64,000 nt of DNA. Source: Chrysomallon squamiferum (Eukaryota; Animalia; Mollusca). Under the pieces are notes generated by a model that worked only from the letters and a program-made list of their open reading frames with translations, had not been told where the DNA came from and did no database searches. Of the stretch, positions 41,287 to 57,591 are shown piece after piece. Positions within the stretch are counted from its first letter, which is position 1. The number at the start of each line of letters is the position of its first letter. A program made the translations under genes and the position numbers. The DNA is taken from the NCBI GenBank assembly GCA_012295275.1, contig CM022667.1:11780001-11844000 (forward strand), given 5' to 3'.

Positions 41287-41707
41287 TATTCTAAAATAAG
41301 AGTAAGATAACAGGTTTATTTTTTTGAGCTTTCATGATATTTCCCATCTTGAAGCCTAATCTATTTGTTAAACTTTTTAATTGTATTACAGTTTTTTAAC
41401 AACTTTTTAAAAAATCAGCCTGATATTTAAGTTTTTTGTTCCAACTAAATGTAAAGACTATCAGTCTTTCTTTTATTTTATTTTTATAGTCAGCATTTAT
41501 TTACATATTAGTTAAAATCTGTTTAATTAATGACATTCAGTTTGACTTTAATGTAACAAAATGGCTTTAAAAATTCCAGTTTTTACCATATGTGTCAGAT
41601 GTATTTATGGGATTTGACAGAATTCTTGATATTTTATTTTTGTTTTTTTTTGGGTGGTGGTCTTTTAAAAAAAAAAATATGTATATTTCTGTAATACAAT
41701 ACACACA

Positions 41708-41803
<96 letters not shown>

Positions 41804-44800
41804 ACAATAGTACACATTTATATATTTAACTTTATCAGACACTTTATTTCTGTATACACTATGAATTTAATGTTTCACTGAAAAATTTTGTTTATCACAA
41901 ACTGCATCACAAAACTTTGGTTACAGATTGACAATATACGATTCTGTGAACTCACAATAGATCAAGTATTTGGTTCTATGCACGAAAGTTTTCACAAAAT
42001 GTAAGTATTGTCACATAATTCTCTGATTTTTTTTTGTCATTTTTTTTCATCACTGGATATAAATTTTGTATAAACACTGATTAGGCACATATATTTTGTG
42101 TTGTAGAAAACATCACCTTTGTCACAGTAAAACTATTTTGATTAGACATATGTTGTTCTATATATGAATTTATTGTAACATAATGTAGTCAGTTTTACCA
42201 TGTTAGTCAAAATAACGTTATTTTATTAAAATATACTTATTTGCATAATAAATTTTTATGCCAGCTTTTCTCCCATTTCAGTATGACATAAAGTATTGCC
42301 TTGAATATTGTGTCATTTTGAAAATTAGTTGACATTTTGCAAAACTTATTTACAAGAGTAAAACTTCAGACATTTAGTTACAAATAGTCTTTAAAATGTG
42401 TATTTGACTTTCATTTAAAACTGATCTTTCATATTTATCTATCTTACATCAACAGCATAAACAAACTTGTATTTTTGCATATCACTTGAGTTGTTAACTG
42501 AGGAAATTCCATTAACTGAAATTCATTGGTTTGGCAAAATAATATCTTGGGTACTTAAGTATAAAAACTGGTGATTCATACACAAGTAAATATGAGAATA
42601 AAATTCCATTATTAGTTTCAGCAGACATAATGCATGTTAGGATAATGTTTCTTATAGTTTTTAACATTAACAATTTATATGAGACATACTCAAGAAAAGA
42701 AAAAAATGGTTGCCAGTGAACGTAAAAATTCTTAGATTAATTTGACCAAAGATACTGTTTTCATAATTATGTAAGATAAAAATATCTGCATTTGAAAATA
42801 CTAAGAAGTAACATTTATAAAACAACAAAGTTCAAACAATATTTTTATAATACATTTTGTGTCTTAGGATGAATTGTTCCTGTTAGAAAATAATAATAAT
42901 ATTTATAATACATAACTGTAGTCATAACTGAACTTTTATAATATAATGTGTCCTGTGATAAAATCTTTCTGCTAGCTGGTATAATTAGAAATAATATTTA
43001 TTAAACTTGTATTAACAACAGTATATTAGGATACAGGATCTTAGAGTATGACAAGTATTATTCATAAAACATTATAATAACAGTATTATGATAAAATATC
43101 TCTGTTAGAAAATAAGGAATATTTAGAAAAGAGTGCAGAGAGAACAATGTTTTTTATAAGATGTTTTGAAAATACTGACTGATAATATTTGGATAAAAAT
43201 GTAATGAGAACAATATTTTTTATATGAGGTATGTGTTTTTATAATATGGTGAAAATATCTCTCTTAGAAAGTGAAAACATTTATAAAACAATGTAGTGAG
43301 GGCTGTGTTTTTATTACATGATAAAAATATCTCTCTTAGAAAGTATATAAAATAATTACATGATGAAAATATCTCTCTTAGAAAGTATATAAAATTATTA
43401 CATGATAAAAAATATCTTTTAGAAAGTATATAAAATTATTACATGATAAAAAAGATCTGTTAGAAAGTAATGACATTTGTAAAATGTTTGTCAGGACCTC
43501 TGAAGACGACAAGAGTCAAGTGACAGATCTCCAGGAGCAACTGCGACAGAAACAAGATCTCATAGACAAACTGCTAGCCAGCAGGCAAGATGTCCGGCCA
43601 ATACACGACCAGGTGAAACACCTTTTGAAAGAGCAGTTTTAAACTTTGTTTCCTTCAGTAAATAATGTAAACATTCACACCATTCCAGGTTTTGTTACGT
43701 GTGTACTTTATTTTAGTAGTGGTATTTTAATATTATTACTGTGGTTATTGTATTTACCTTTTTTTGTTTTTTTATATCTTCTGTGGATTATTACTATTTT
43801 ATTATTATTATTATTTTTTTTTATTTATTTCATTTAATTATCTCTTTGTTTCTTTGTTTATATTATATTTATTTTATTTTATTTATTACTTTATTTATTT
43901 TGTTTTATTATATTGTATTATTATATTATATTATATTATATTATTTTGTTTTGTTTTATCATATTTTATTATTCTATTTTGTTTTATTTTATTTTATTTT
44001 ATTTTATGTATTTCAGAGACCGAGTATGAGAGAGAGTGAAACAGACTACACACTGATGAAAGCTATGACAGATCTCAGAAAATCTGAACAGAAAAATGAA
44101 GATCTTCAGTTTGAAGTAAGATTTAATCAGAACTTACTTTTGTCATTACACACACACAAAATTATGTATACCTATACAAAAAAACACAAATATGGCGATA
44201 TATTAAATATTACACTCATATCACATACATGTACATCAAACACACACAGTCACATACACACGTACATTTTATATATATATATCAAACATGCTGACAAATG
44301 CATTAAATTTGTTTATGTAACAAAAATACGTAAAATATTGTTTCAAAGTTTATATTTATAAAAGTAAATAAAGTATTGATTTAACTAAATGAACAGTTAC
44401 AGAAAAGAAAATGAAAGATGGCTTCTTTCTCACTTTTAAAGTTTATCTTACAAAAGTAAGTAAAGTATTGTTTTAATATAACTGAACAGTTGCAGAACAG
44501 AGAGAGAAAGATTGCCTCTCTACAGGCTCAGCTCAAAGAACTGGAGAATGACCTGGCTGTGAAAGACGTAGACATTGCCAGTCACATCCAAACTGCTAAA
44601 AAACTGCAGGAGAAACAAAGACAATGTGCTGCTGAGGTGCGTCTGTCTGTCTGTCTGTCTGTTTGCATTTTTTTTGTTGTTTGTTCTTTGTTTTTCTTTT
44701 GTTTTCAATTTGTCTTTTCTAATGTTTTTTTTTGACATGTTTTTTTTTAAATTTCCATCCAGTTTCAGTATTTGTTTTTTTTGTTTCAGTTTGTCTGTGT

Positions 44801-46377
44801 CTGTCTCTCTGTTTATCTGAGTATTTTGTTTCAATCTGTCTGTCTTTTGTTTGTTTCTTTCTTTCTGTATCTTGTAAATTGTTCTGTCTGCATATTATAT
44901 TTCAGCATCTGTTTTGTTTCAGTTTATCCATCTTCTGTTTCTGTCCCAAACTAATCTGTATTCACATCTGTCTGCAGATTTGGGGCATTTTTCGAATTTT
45001 CTTTTTAAGTCTCAGTTTTCATTCAAATTTGCTTTTCTTTCTGTTTTTATTTCTATTTGTGTCTTTGGTAATTTGATATATATATATATTTTTTAATCTT
45101 TTTCAAATACCTTGATAATAAATAAATGAGGTAATATTTAATACCTGTTTTTTATGAGTTACTGTTTGATTTATTAGTTCATTAGTATTATTAATTTCCT
45201 TTTCGTTTTTATTTATTTACTATTTTATTATTAATTTACTGTTTGTTTTCTTAACAGAATATCAAGTATGAGGAAATTGTAATACAGCTGAAAGAAGAAT
45301 TGGCATCTTTTAAAGATCAGCTTTCCAAATCCTCATATAATGTATGTGTTGTTTGTAGTTATAAATTAAATAACTTTTCAAATCTTTCATGTAATGTATG
45401 TGTTGTTTTCTAGTTATAAATTAAATAACTTCAAATCTTCACTGTAATGTTTGTGTTATTACTACTTATAATAATAATAATTAAAAAGAGAATTTGAATC
45501 TAGTTATTAATCAAGTTATGCATAAATCAAGTTATTTTTGAAGATATTTATTTAGCTGTCACTAACTAGGATACACTAAGAATTGTGTTACTTCAGTTGC
45601 AGTGTTAAATTGATTATAATTAATAAAAAAAATAATACTGTGAATTTACCTGTATATTTTATTTATTTAGTTAAATACAGCTCACCAGATATTAATAAAT
45701 TTGTATATGCATGATTCATTTTAATAAATAATGAAAAAGTTACCTCAAACAGATTTAAGAAAATCTATATATTTTTAATTTTTTCACATCACAGTATAAT
45801 TGAAAAAAACAAAAAAAAAACAACAACAACAATAATAATAATAAAAAATAAATAAATAAAATAAATGAAAACAAAATTACTTGAAAATAGTAATAAAACC
45901 AATGCTATGTCCTCAAAAGAACATAAAAAAAAAATATATATAATATATAAATAAATCATAATAAAATTAATAACTAAAAAAAAAATATATAAATAAAATA
46001 AAATAAATAAATCAAATATTTTTAAAAAAAATTGACAAAAGGTTCCCAAAGTGTAGACAATTTATGATTTATATAAAATAAAATGAAAGAGACTGTAGAT
46101 TTAGAAAAAAACAACAACAAAACAACAAAGGTATTATTAGTTTTGTGTTTTTGTCAGGTTTCACATTATGAAAGAAGAATGAGAGCTTTGGAAAATGAAC
46201 TAGTTGAGGCCAAAGAACAAAGAAGGAATGCTATAGATGAGGTCAGTTGTGTTTATTTTTTCCATTCATAGAATATTTCGATAGTATTTCAATTAGAAAT
46301 TCTTCTTACCTGGTTTTCTGTGTGCCCAGTTAGAAAAGAAACCACAAATTTTGGGAAATGGATGTGTTTATATTTGT

Positions 46378-46412
<35 letters not shown>

Positions 46413-49400
46413 TCTCTATTTATTTATTTATTTTTTAATTTATTATTAATGCTATTTATTTATTTAATTTTTAAAATTTCTTTCTTTATTTATTTATTTA
46501 TCTCTATTTATTTCTTTATTTATTTTTTCATTTATTAATTTTTAAATTAGATTTATTTATCTGTTATTTACTTTGTTTAATTTAATTAACATACTTATTT
46601 ATTGTTTGTTTGTTTGTTTTGGGGGTTTTTAATTTTAATTTAGTTTCATCTATATTATAAAAAAACACTTTAAATAAAAACATTTATTTAAAATACACGT
46701 ATTTATTGTTTGTTTTGGGTTTTTAAAAATTTTAATTCAGTTTTATCTATATTATAAAGAACACTTTAAAAAAACCAAAAAACATTTATTCAACATACGT
46801 ATTTATTTATTGTTTGTTTTGGGATTTTTTAATTTTAATTTAGTTTCATCTATATTATAAAGAACACTTTAAAACAAAAAACATTTATTCAACATACGTA
46901 TTTATTTATTGTTTGTTTTGGGTTTTTTAATTTTAATTTAGTTTCATTATAAAGAAAACTTTAAAATAAAAAAACGACATTTATTTAACATGTATTCATT
47001 TATCGTTTGTTTTTGTTTTTTAATTTTAATTTAGTTTCATCTATATTATAAAAAAACTTTAAAATAAAAAAACGACATTTATTTAACATACGTATTCATT
47101 TATCCTTTTTTTTTTTGTTTTTTTTTAATTTTAATTTAGAGTCATCTATATTATAAAGAACACTTAAAAAAAACCGACATTTATTTCAGATCGGCGACTT
47201 GCAGGCGAGACTCAGAGAAAGTCAACTCTCCACTCAAGATCATCACGGACTTCTGAAGTCCGAGCTGACTCGCCGCGACGAAACCATTCAAAAACTTCGT
47301 CTAGACGTGCTTCAGCTGCAGGAAAAACGAGACAGTGCAGTAGCCGAAGTAGGTTTTCTTTACTACTTCATGTCTGTATTAATACTGTAGGTTTTAGACA
47401 TCTTTTCTTTGTTTCTTTCTCTTTCATAGATGTTTTTCTCTTTGTAGGGAGAATGTGTAAAGGAGATTGTTAAAAAAAAAAATGTTCTTGCTAGTTGTTT
47501 TGTCATCTTCAGGCTAGTTTGATGGTTTTGGAGTTATTTAATATAAGTTTCTGTCTGTCTGTCTTTCTTCTGTTTTATTTGAAATTATTCCTTTTTCGGT
47601 ATCAAATATAATTGAAGTCTCTCTCTCGCTTTCTCTCAGATACATACAAAGTATGTTGTTTGTAACAATTTGTCTCATTTCTTTCTTTGATAAGGATAAG
47701 AAAAGTTCATGTTTTTATTTTATTCTGTTAGTAGTTTTTATTTGCTTATTTTTAAAGTTAATTTCAGTAAATATTATCAATGAATTAATAGTAGTTAGTT
47801 TTATCTTTTGACAGTCCAAATACAAAATAGTTTAAAAATAGAAAATTCATAACCTGTAGTATTATTATTATTATTAATACATTTTTAATAATAGTTATTT
47901 TTATACTTAAAAGATGTATATATCATAAGAACTAGATAAAGCTAGCAATATCTGTGTCTTTAGATTTGCACTAACATCATTTTATCCTCCTTTTAAATAT
48001 GTTAACATTCCCACTATAACTTAAATCAAACAGTACAGACTGTTAGCTTTGTATCATCCCAACCCAAAGAATCATAATTTCCTACCCTGCTACATTTTTA
48101 CATACATAATAATTACTTTTACCTGCATTTCCCCATCCCATCCCAACCCAACCCAACCCAACCCAAAAAAAGATATATAATTAACATTTTGATGCCATTA
48201 ACATTTTGCTCTGTGGTAGATGTTTATAGATTTTTTTTTTTTTTTTTTTTTTTCCTTTAACTTGTTTGGTTTCTAGTTGGACAATCAGACTCGTAAAACT
48301 TATCATTTAGAAGATCGACAGAAGCGACTGCTGGATGAGGTAACGCATGCATGCTAACACCCGCACTGTTCAATAACCACGTGTTTTCACACCTGTATCG
48401 CACCTTCATACCTGTCTCGGGTTTTCACACCAAGTGCAGGCGTTGTTGTTGTTGTTGTTCATTTTATTTTATTATATTATCTATTATAGTATATTATATT
48501 ATAGTTTATTGTAGTTTATTTTATTTTTTATTTTATTATATTTTTTATATTTTATTTTATTTTATTTATTTATTTATTTATTCATTTATTTATTTTTATA
48601 ATTTATTGTTATTAATATTAAATATTTTTGTGTCCAGTAATTTTCAGCTAGGTTTTAGCATGAAAAAAGTATTATTATCATCATCATCATCATCATCATC
48701 ATCATTATTATTAATTTTCTGGTAGAGGAATTGGTTTACATTTCACAATAACCCACATTAAAAAAATATAATAATAATAATACAACAGAAAATAAATATC
48801 TTATTATTTTCACTTTAATTTTTCTTTTCTTTTCTTTTTCTTCAAAAAAAGAAAATAAACATAGCTTTACAAATGACAGAATAAACTGATTTATCAAAAT
48901 ATATCATTTGAAAAATCTTGCAGTCACAATTTAAACTCATTTTTTTATTGTCATTTTTTTCACTTTTAATATACTTGAATTATTAAGTAACAAAAAAAAA
49001 GAAGAAAGAGAAAAAAGTTTTAAGTCTTACACAAGTGTATCATATTTATTTTTAATGTTCTTTTAGTGATAATTCTTAAGAATATACATCACTTTTATTT
49101 AAATAAGTACTTTTTAATGGTAGATCTTTACAAAACAAACACATCTCAGTTCAAAGGTATAAATAAATAATTTAAACATTTTGTATTCTGTCCTGTGAAA
49201 GGAGTTGGGTGTAGCTTTGTGATAAGCAGTTCACTTACATTGTGGCTGGTGACTGATTAAACATTTCCCATTCTAGCCAGTGCTCCTAAACAACTGATGC
49301 AGTTAAAAACTGGGATATGTACTATCCTGTTTGAGGGATGGTACATATAAAAAATACTTTACTGCTAAGCGGAAAGAGTAGCCTGTGTTGTGTTGGCAGT

Positions 49401-50302
49401 TTTTTCTCTCATTGCCTTAGTAGTTCTTTTATATATATATATATATACCCTTTTACTTGATTTGAATTTGTTTGCTTAAACTTAAACCAAATCCAGTACA
49501 GTTTATTGATCTGAAACAACAGAATACTGGATCACTTCTCCTCAGAGTAAAATCCCATTGTTTATTTATTTATTTATTTAAATTATTAAGAGTCACTGTG
49601 TAAGAGAATCTTGTCTCTGTGGAGGGATGTACAAAAGATCTGGTGCTGTTAACTGATGTTTGTTTAGTAGATTTTCTCCAGTAGCTGTCTGTGTGAAATA
49701 ATAATAACTTGTCATCCAACAGCTAGTAATAAAACATTAATCAGTGTTTTGTAGAGGTTATGTTAGATAGAAAGTTCAAAATCCTGGTAGCTGATGACAG
49801 AAAGTCAATTGTTTTTGTGTAGTTTAGTTAAAACAGGTCAAAAGCAACAAAACAGTTCCTTGCAAACACACAAGAAAAAAAGAAAAGAAAGAAAGATATG
49901 AAAAATGAAAAGAAAAGAATTTTGAAAAAAAAAAAGGAAAAATAAAAGTGAATGTATTATTATCTTACTTGTTTCAAGAAAATTTATAAAAGAAAAATTA
50001 AACATAGGATATATGTCTACAAATAACTTTTACCCCACCCCCAAAACACCCACAGTTAATAATTCAAAACTGTTTACTGCTATTAAGAAAGTATTTATTT
50101 CTTCATTTAAATATTTATCTTTTATTTATTGGTCTTTGTTTATTCCTATTTCCATTTAATTGATTATTTTATTTGTTATTTTTTTTAAAAAGGGAGATTT
50201 TGTTCACTAACATTTTTTTAATTTAATTATTTATATTTTCAGTTTAACTATTCATTTCTAAATTTTGATTTATTGATTGATTTAATTTTAATTATAATAT
50301 CT

Positions 50303-50337
<35 letters not shown>

Positions 50338-51328
50338 TAAACTACACAATAAAATTGCAGATAAAATCATTTCCACAACATCATAACACAATAGCTATAC
50401 ACGATAGATTTAAAAACAGTTTCATTCTTCTCAAGTAAGATTTTTTAAAATAGCTGTTCTGTTAATGTTTTATGTCTGTTTTATTTTTCATATTATTTGA
50501 TATAAATCAGTACTTTTTTTTTCTGAAAATAAAATAAAAATAAAATATAAAAATTAGCATGTTAAAAAATTTTAAACTTTTATTCTGGGTTTTTTTTGAT
50601 GGCTTATGTGCATGCATGTGATTTAAACTTCTGATATAACTTTTATTTTTAATTTCATTTGCCATCTTGAAATTTATTTATTTATTTAAATTTGTTTGTT
50701 TGTTTCTTTCTTTATAATTATTATTATTATTTTTTTATAATTAAAGAAAGGTTTTTTTCTATGCATGAAGGCGATGATGAAATTATTGCTTGATATGCAT
50801 TTTTTCATTTCACTTTTAAAATAAATATGTTTAAAACTGCATTCCTTTACCTGGATATTTTCTCTGTGGTTCTAAAGCATTCACTCTAAAGATACACTAA
50901 ACAAAAGAAAAACACATCTGTTTTTAATGTGCATGTTAATTTATGCAACATTAATATGTCCAGTTTTTTCAAGGAAAAAAAAAATATTAAAAACAAATAA
51001 GTAAATAACAATTATAAAATTAATTATTATTATTATGATTTTCTTCTAGGAAGTATTCAGTTTTATAAATGTTATAATGTGAAAAGTTATTAAAATATGT
51101 AGTTTTATGTGTTAGAATAATTTAATTTAATTAGGGTTGTTTATAAATTTGTTTGTTAGCATTACTTAAATTACCCATGTGTCACCAATAGATACTCATA
51201 AATTTGGTATGAGTATGTATATAAATATATATATATATATAAATACAAAATGCACAGGAATATTGATAATATATATTCTCAAATTTAAAATCTTCCAAAG
51301 TGAATATTGTCTTATAAATGTGTGCGGA

Positions 51329-51388
<60 letters not shown>

Positions 51389-51401
51389 TGGGTGTGGGTG
51401 T

Positions 51402-51438
<37 letters not shown>

Positions 51439-51902
51439 TGTGTGTAAAAGAAAGGTGTTTTGATATTTTATTATATTAACCTACAGTTTTATTATATTTC
51501 ATTTTTATTTTTATTTAATCATATGTATTATTATTATTATTATTATTAATGCATGTTTTATTATTTCAGCAATACTGAAATGAATGATATAAATTTTATT
51601 GCTGTTGCATGCTGCTTAAACTCCTACTTACCTTAATGCGTTGTTTGTGTATTTATTTTACTTAATCTATATATTTTAGATAACTGATTGTTGTGTTAGT
51701 ACCGTTTACTGAATGTTTATATGGTTATTCTGTTTGTCTGATTTCCAAATAAAAGGAATGAAAAAAAAAAAAAAAATAAAAGTAAATTATATTTTTACAA
51801 AAATAAAATTAAAATAAATAAACCAATGAAAACTTATTTTATACTATGCTGAAATAATTATTACAACTTGCACAACATTCAAAAGTAAAAATAAAAAAAG
51901 GT

Positions 51903-51933
<31 letters not shown>

Positions 51934-52105
51934 TGTTGCTTTTTATTGTGAACTTAGTATTATTATTATTTTCGTAATAACTTTGAAAAATAATAATTTA
52001 ACTTCCCAACCAAAGAGGCAAGATAATGTTAGTATTTTTATAAAATTATTCAGTTAAAAAATGACTTAAACCTGAACTTTACATTCACATTTATATAAAC
52101 ACTGA

Positions 52106-52157
<52 letters not shown>

Positions 52158-52466
52158 TATATTTACTTGCTGAGAAATATATTTGCAGTGACTAATTCTT
52201 ATGTCCTAACACACTTTATAATTTTTTTAATTTTAACATTATACCGAGTCCAGATTATCACTGTTTAATTACATAATTCATTGTTTTTTAATTACAGGTA
52301 AGAATCTGTAGTAATTAATTTTAATTTTCTTAATTACAGTTTTCGTATTTTAATTTATGTTTGTTCTATGTTCATTACAGATGATATATTTATTTTTTAT
52401 TTTTGTTTTACCTGTATATATACATGTACTTTCACCTGCTGAACAATGTTTCCACACACGCATACA

Positions 52467-52560
<94 letters not shown>

Positions 52561-54291
52561 ACACACACCACACACGCACACAAGTATTGTTAAGCAGGTG
52601 AAAGTATTTCAGTGTACTTATAATTCATTTTAAAATTTCAGATTCACAGACTAGAAACAAGAGTGAAAGTTCTTGAAGATGAAGCAACCAAACTGCGTAC
52701 TCAGCTAGAAGAAGCTGACAATGAAGTAAGTAAACCATATTTTCTGTGTTTTATCTGATTTACACTCACCTAGATCATGTGTACTTCAAAAATGTGTGTG
52801 TGGTAGGTTGGTGTGTATTTCCAGTACACATACACATAACAAGTATGTATTGTTATGATTGTATGTATGTATATGTAAATATGTATGTATTCTTTACTAT
52901 TAAAACTGAATATCAATATGCTAATTTATTTATTTATTTATATATTTATTTATTTATTTATGTCAGAAAATACAGATTTAAAAGAGATATCTTCTAGGGA
53001 CTTTTTTTGCTTACAACTAAGTATATTTATTAATATAATTTCGAAATGCTTTAATATGTCTATTTAAGTTGTACATTTAAAATATATGTTTTTAATATGT
53101 ATTTTTAACTGGAAAAAATCTATCATTAAAGTAAATTTTTATCCATGTTAAAATACATTTAATACATATTTTTAAAATTCATATCACTTGCAAAAATATA
53201 TTTAATGTTTAATTTTTAATTTTTATTTCAATTACTAAAATATATTTAACATTATTTTTTTTAAATATTTATATCCATTGTTAAAATATATTTAATACAC
53301 ACTTTTAATATTTATATGTCCATTGTTAAGATATATTTAATATACATTTTTAATATTTATATATCCATTGTTAAGATATATTTAATATTCACTTTTAATA
53401 TTTATATATCCATTGTTAAGATATATTTAATATTCACTTTTAATATTTATATGTCCATTGTTAAGATATGTTTAATATTCACTTTTAATATTTATATCAT
53501 CCATTGTTAAGATACATTTAATATGTTTTTTAGTATTTATAAAGTTTATTTAAAAAGTGTATTTTTAAATCAGGCCAGCTTGTATCGAAACCAGGTGACT
53601 CAGATGGAAGGAGAATTGCAGACAGTACGCAGCAAATATTCTGATTCTGAATTACAGGTACTGAAACACTTTTAATATTTATTTAGTTTTATTCATTTCA
53701 TTTTATTTATTTTATAACTAATATTTATTATTATAATTGTCTTTACTTTATTGAAACTTATTTCAAACAAACAGAAATGCATATTAGTTGATTAATTTGT
53801 TATTTTATTATTTTAATTTATACTTTTTGTTTTTCATTATATTGCATTGCTTTTGAGATTTAGTAATTGAAATTAAAGATTAATGTCAATTATGTTTTAA
53901 AAATAGATATAAATATCAAAAAATGAACATTAAATATTCCAAAAATGGCATTTTATTAACTTTTTTGTTGTTTTTCTGTTTTTTAACTTTATTATTTAAT
54001 TTTATTAAAACATGTGTAAAATGTAATTTTATTTAATTTTTATGACATTAAATAATACTAATATTTTGAAAAAAATTTAAAATTTCAATTATATTTTATT
54101 CATCATTATTACCATTATTGTTATATTTACTTTCAAAAGATATTAATTCAGTTCAAACAAAAAATAAAAAAAAATAAAAGGAAAGAAAGAAAAAAAGATA
54201 GAAAAGAAAGATGCTGTATTTGTGTGTGTGGGTGAAAAAAAAATATGAGTATTGTATTTTATTTAGTTGCTTTCTTGATTTTTTATTTCTA

Positions 54292-54324
<33 letters not shown>

Positions 54325-55439
54325 CATTTATGAAATTTAAAAAAAAAAAAAAAAAAGCAGGAACATACCAGTTTGTTCAAAAATGTATTTAAAACAAACA
54401 AACAAAATTATAATAAATAAATAAATAAATACACAAATATTTAAAATAAAATAAAATAAAATATAATAATAAAATAGAGCGATGTTCAAAGAGTTACATT
54501 CTGTTTTAAAAAACTCAGCTAGTTTTACATTTTAAAACAGTAAAATATTTCCTTGTCCTTCAGATGCCTAGACATGACCTTGTAAGTCTACTCCATTTTG
54601 TTTTATTTTTTTAAAATTTTTTTTTAATAACATTTTAAATTAATTCTGCACCAAATTAACCAATTCAAACATTCCAACACTCAGTGTTTTTCACAGATTT
54701 GAGCTACACAGGTAAAATGTATATGATTTTTTTTTATTTTTACAATTAAAACAAAATACTTAAGCACCCATTTTTATATTTAGACACACTAATAGTTTTT
54801 TTTAAACTTTTTAGTGAAATGGCATATCTCATTGACAGTTATGTTAAAAGTTGCTGAAATTTGAGCTTTTTTTTTCTTTAGTCATATTATAAAAAATAAT
54901 AAATAAAAAAGTTTAGCTATTTGTTTATTACTTATTATAGGAGATTTACACATTTTTTTTTTTTTTTGGTTTTTGTTCATTTTTAAGTGTCAAATGACAA
55001 TACACAAAAACAGATCTTATTTTTTATAAAATATACTGACATCTAGCTTAGAGAGGTTTAACTATAAAAAAAAAATAATTTAAAGTTCATAGTCATAGAG
55101 TTAAAATATTAGTTATTAGAAAAACTATATAAATAATGATTATATTTGGCATTGCTGATCCTAATTACAGTATGTGAATGTCTGTTTATATTATTGTTTT
55201 AAGAAGCTCTTTTAAGAATAACATATTAAACTTTGATAACACAAAAAATGGTATAACTATTATATTAAGAAGATATAAATTAAAGTTTGAAATCTTTATT
55301 TTGTTACCAGTTATTAAAATGAAAATCACATGGATAACCATTAGGATTAGAAATGTGCATTTGGTAATATTTTATTTTTAAATTATTCTCTATTAAAAAT
55401 GTTTAATTTTATATATTTAAAAGAATAATAATAATAATA

Positions 55440-55470
<31 letters not shown>

Positions 55471-55932
55471 TAAATAAATTAATAAATTTAAATAAAATAA
55501 CATTAATAAATATAACAAAAGTCAATGATGTATCATAAAAAGAAAGGAGACAATTTAACTACAAATGTTTTTTTTTTTCTTGTATTCAGAATTTTAACTA
55601 GGATGATATTTGCACTTGCTAACATTGTTTTCCTGATTATGTTTCCCCCATACCTGACTAAACTGTTTGTGTTATGCACAAAGACTGTTCATAAATAAAC
55701 TCTCACATTTTAATCAGGTTAAGACTTGTTGAGACCAGTTCAAAACTTTGAGAATTAACGTGATATGCTCTTTACTGTGTTGTTTTTTTTCCAATTATTT
55801 AAGCAATTTTAATACTTCTTAATCTGATTTCAGATAGGTAGGGGATTTGTTTAGAAACTTGTGTAGAATTTTATTTAACAAATTGTTTTAATTTTTTAAG
55901 TAGGGAAATCTAATTTTGATTGTTGCCCATTA

Positions 55933-55970
<38 letters not shown>

Positions 55971-56045
55971 TCAAAATTTATCTTTCAGCTGATTTAATGC
56001 AGTTATTGTTTATTCTTTAGTCTCAGGTTTATGACTTGTTAACAA

Positions 56046-56087
<42 letters not shown>

Positions 56088-57560
56088 TTTCGTTTCATAT
56101 ATTTTATTTTTTTTTTATTTTTAAATTTTGTTTTATATTTTATTTTATTTTATAATATTTTATTTTATTTTATTATTTTTTTTTTTTAAATATGTTATGG
56201 TATGTTGTTTCTTAAGTGTGTATGTTGGTATGTCCAGTTATATTTGTATTTTATGTATTTTTATTTTTTTTTTTTTTTTTTTTCTTGTGTAAATTCATTT
56301 GGTTATTTCAGATTTTTGTTTCTAGAAAGCAAAATTAATTATTTTTCATATTTCTCTCTGAACATAATGTTAAAATGTCTGTTACTAGAAACAAGAAACT
56401 TTTGATATTAAAATTATTTTGTATAATTTTTCAGGTCCAGAAGCTAACTACAAGTTTGCAGAGATTACAGATGTCATCAAAAGACACCCGAGACACTCTT
56501 ACTAGTGAGGTAGGAGATTTGAGTTAAACAGCCAATAACATTTAGCCTTTCATGATGTCTGAGATAAAACAGCCAATAATAGTAATTATTATATAAAGCA
56601 GGTATATATATATATATAAAAAAAAAAAAGCTAGTAAATTTTACTTTTTCATAACTTGAGAGATAAAAAAATACAAAAAAACTACCAGTAATATTTACGC
56701 TTTCATAACGTACTGGATAAAACACTCAATAATATTAACTGTTAAAAATGTAGGTTATAAACAAATGCAACCAATAATATTTACTATTTTATGGCATATA
56801 CAAGATAAAACAGCCAATTATATTAACTGTTTTATAACACAGATAAAACAAAAAAACTTTAAAAAAAAAGCAATCTGTAATATTTACTATTCACAATGAA
56901 TTATTGAAACAAACCTTTTAAATTAACTACAACATAATACAGATTAAAAATGAAACTAACTAAATATGTTGTTTTAGTGGATTCATAATATAATAAAAGA
57001 GAAATCAGTTAGTCATTACCCTCAAGATAAAATAAAGGACATTAACCAAAGTTTTCACCACTGAATTTTTGACTAAATTGTAATTTTCACTGTGTCCAGC
57101 AGATAAATATTTATTATCCACATTTTTCACAAATGAATCTGTGATGAACAATTTGAATAAATTGTATTTTCAACTCTGTCCTGGTGAGCAACAGAAAGTT
57201 TGATACAGGTGCATTAGCAAAATTTTTTTATTTTTTTTTCCCAGGTAACAGAGAGACATGATGCTATTGTGAAGCTGAGAAAGGACAATGTGGAGATTGA
57301 GGAGAAGCTGAGAGAGGCTTTGTCCACAGCTCAGCACAGAGCAGACATCAACAAACAGCTCAAAGATGAACTCAAAGTGGCTAACTGCAAGGTGAGTGTA
57401 CTACTGGTTTTATTGCACGTAAATAATACTTGGTATTTGAGGATGGATGGTTGGTGTTTGTTTATGTCTATGTGCTGATAAATTGATATGCAGATGAGTA
57501 TGTATAACTGTATTGTTTCTTATTAGTGTCTGCGTGTGTATGTTTGTATCTGAATATGTG

Positions 57561-57591
<31 letters not shown>

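Noticed and set aside
43741-44361. 206-aa ORF
   Set aside because: Mostly low-complexity intron sequence; only 44017-44115 is a credible exon.
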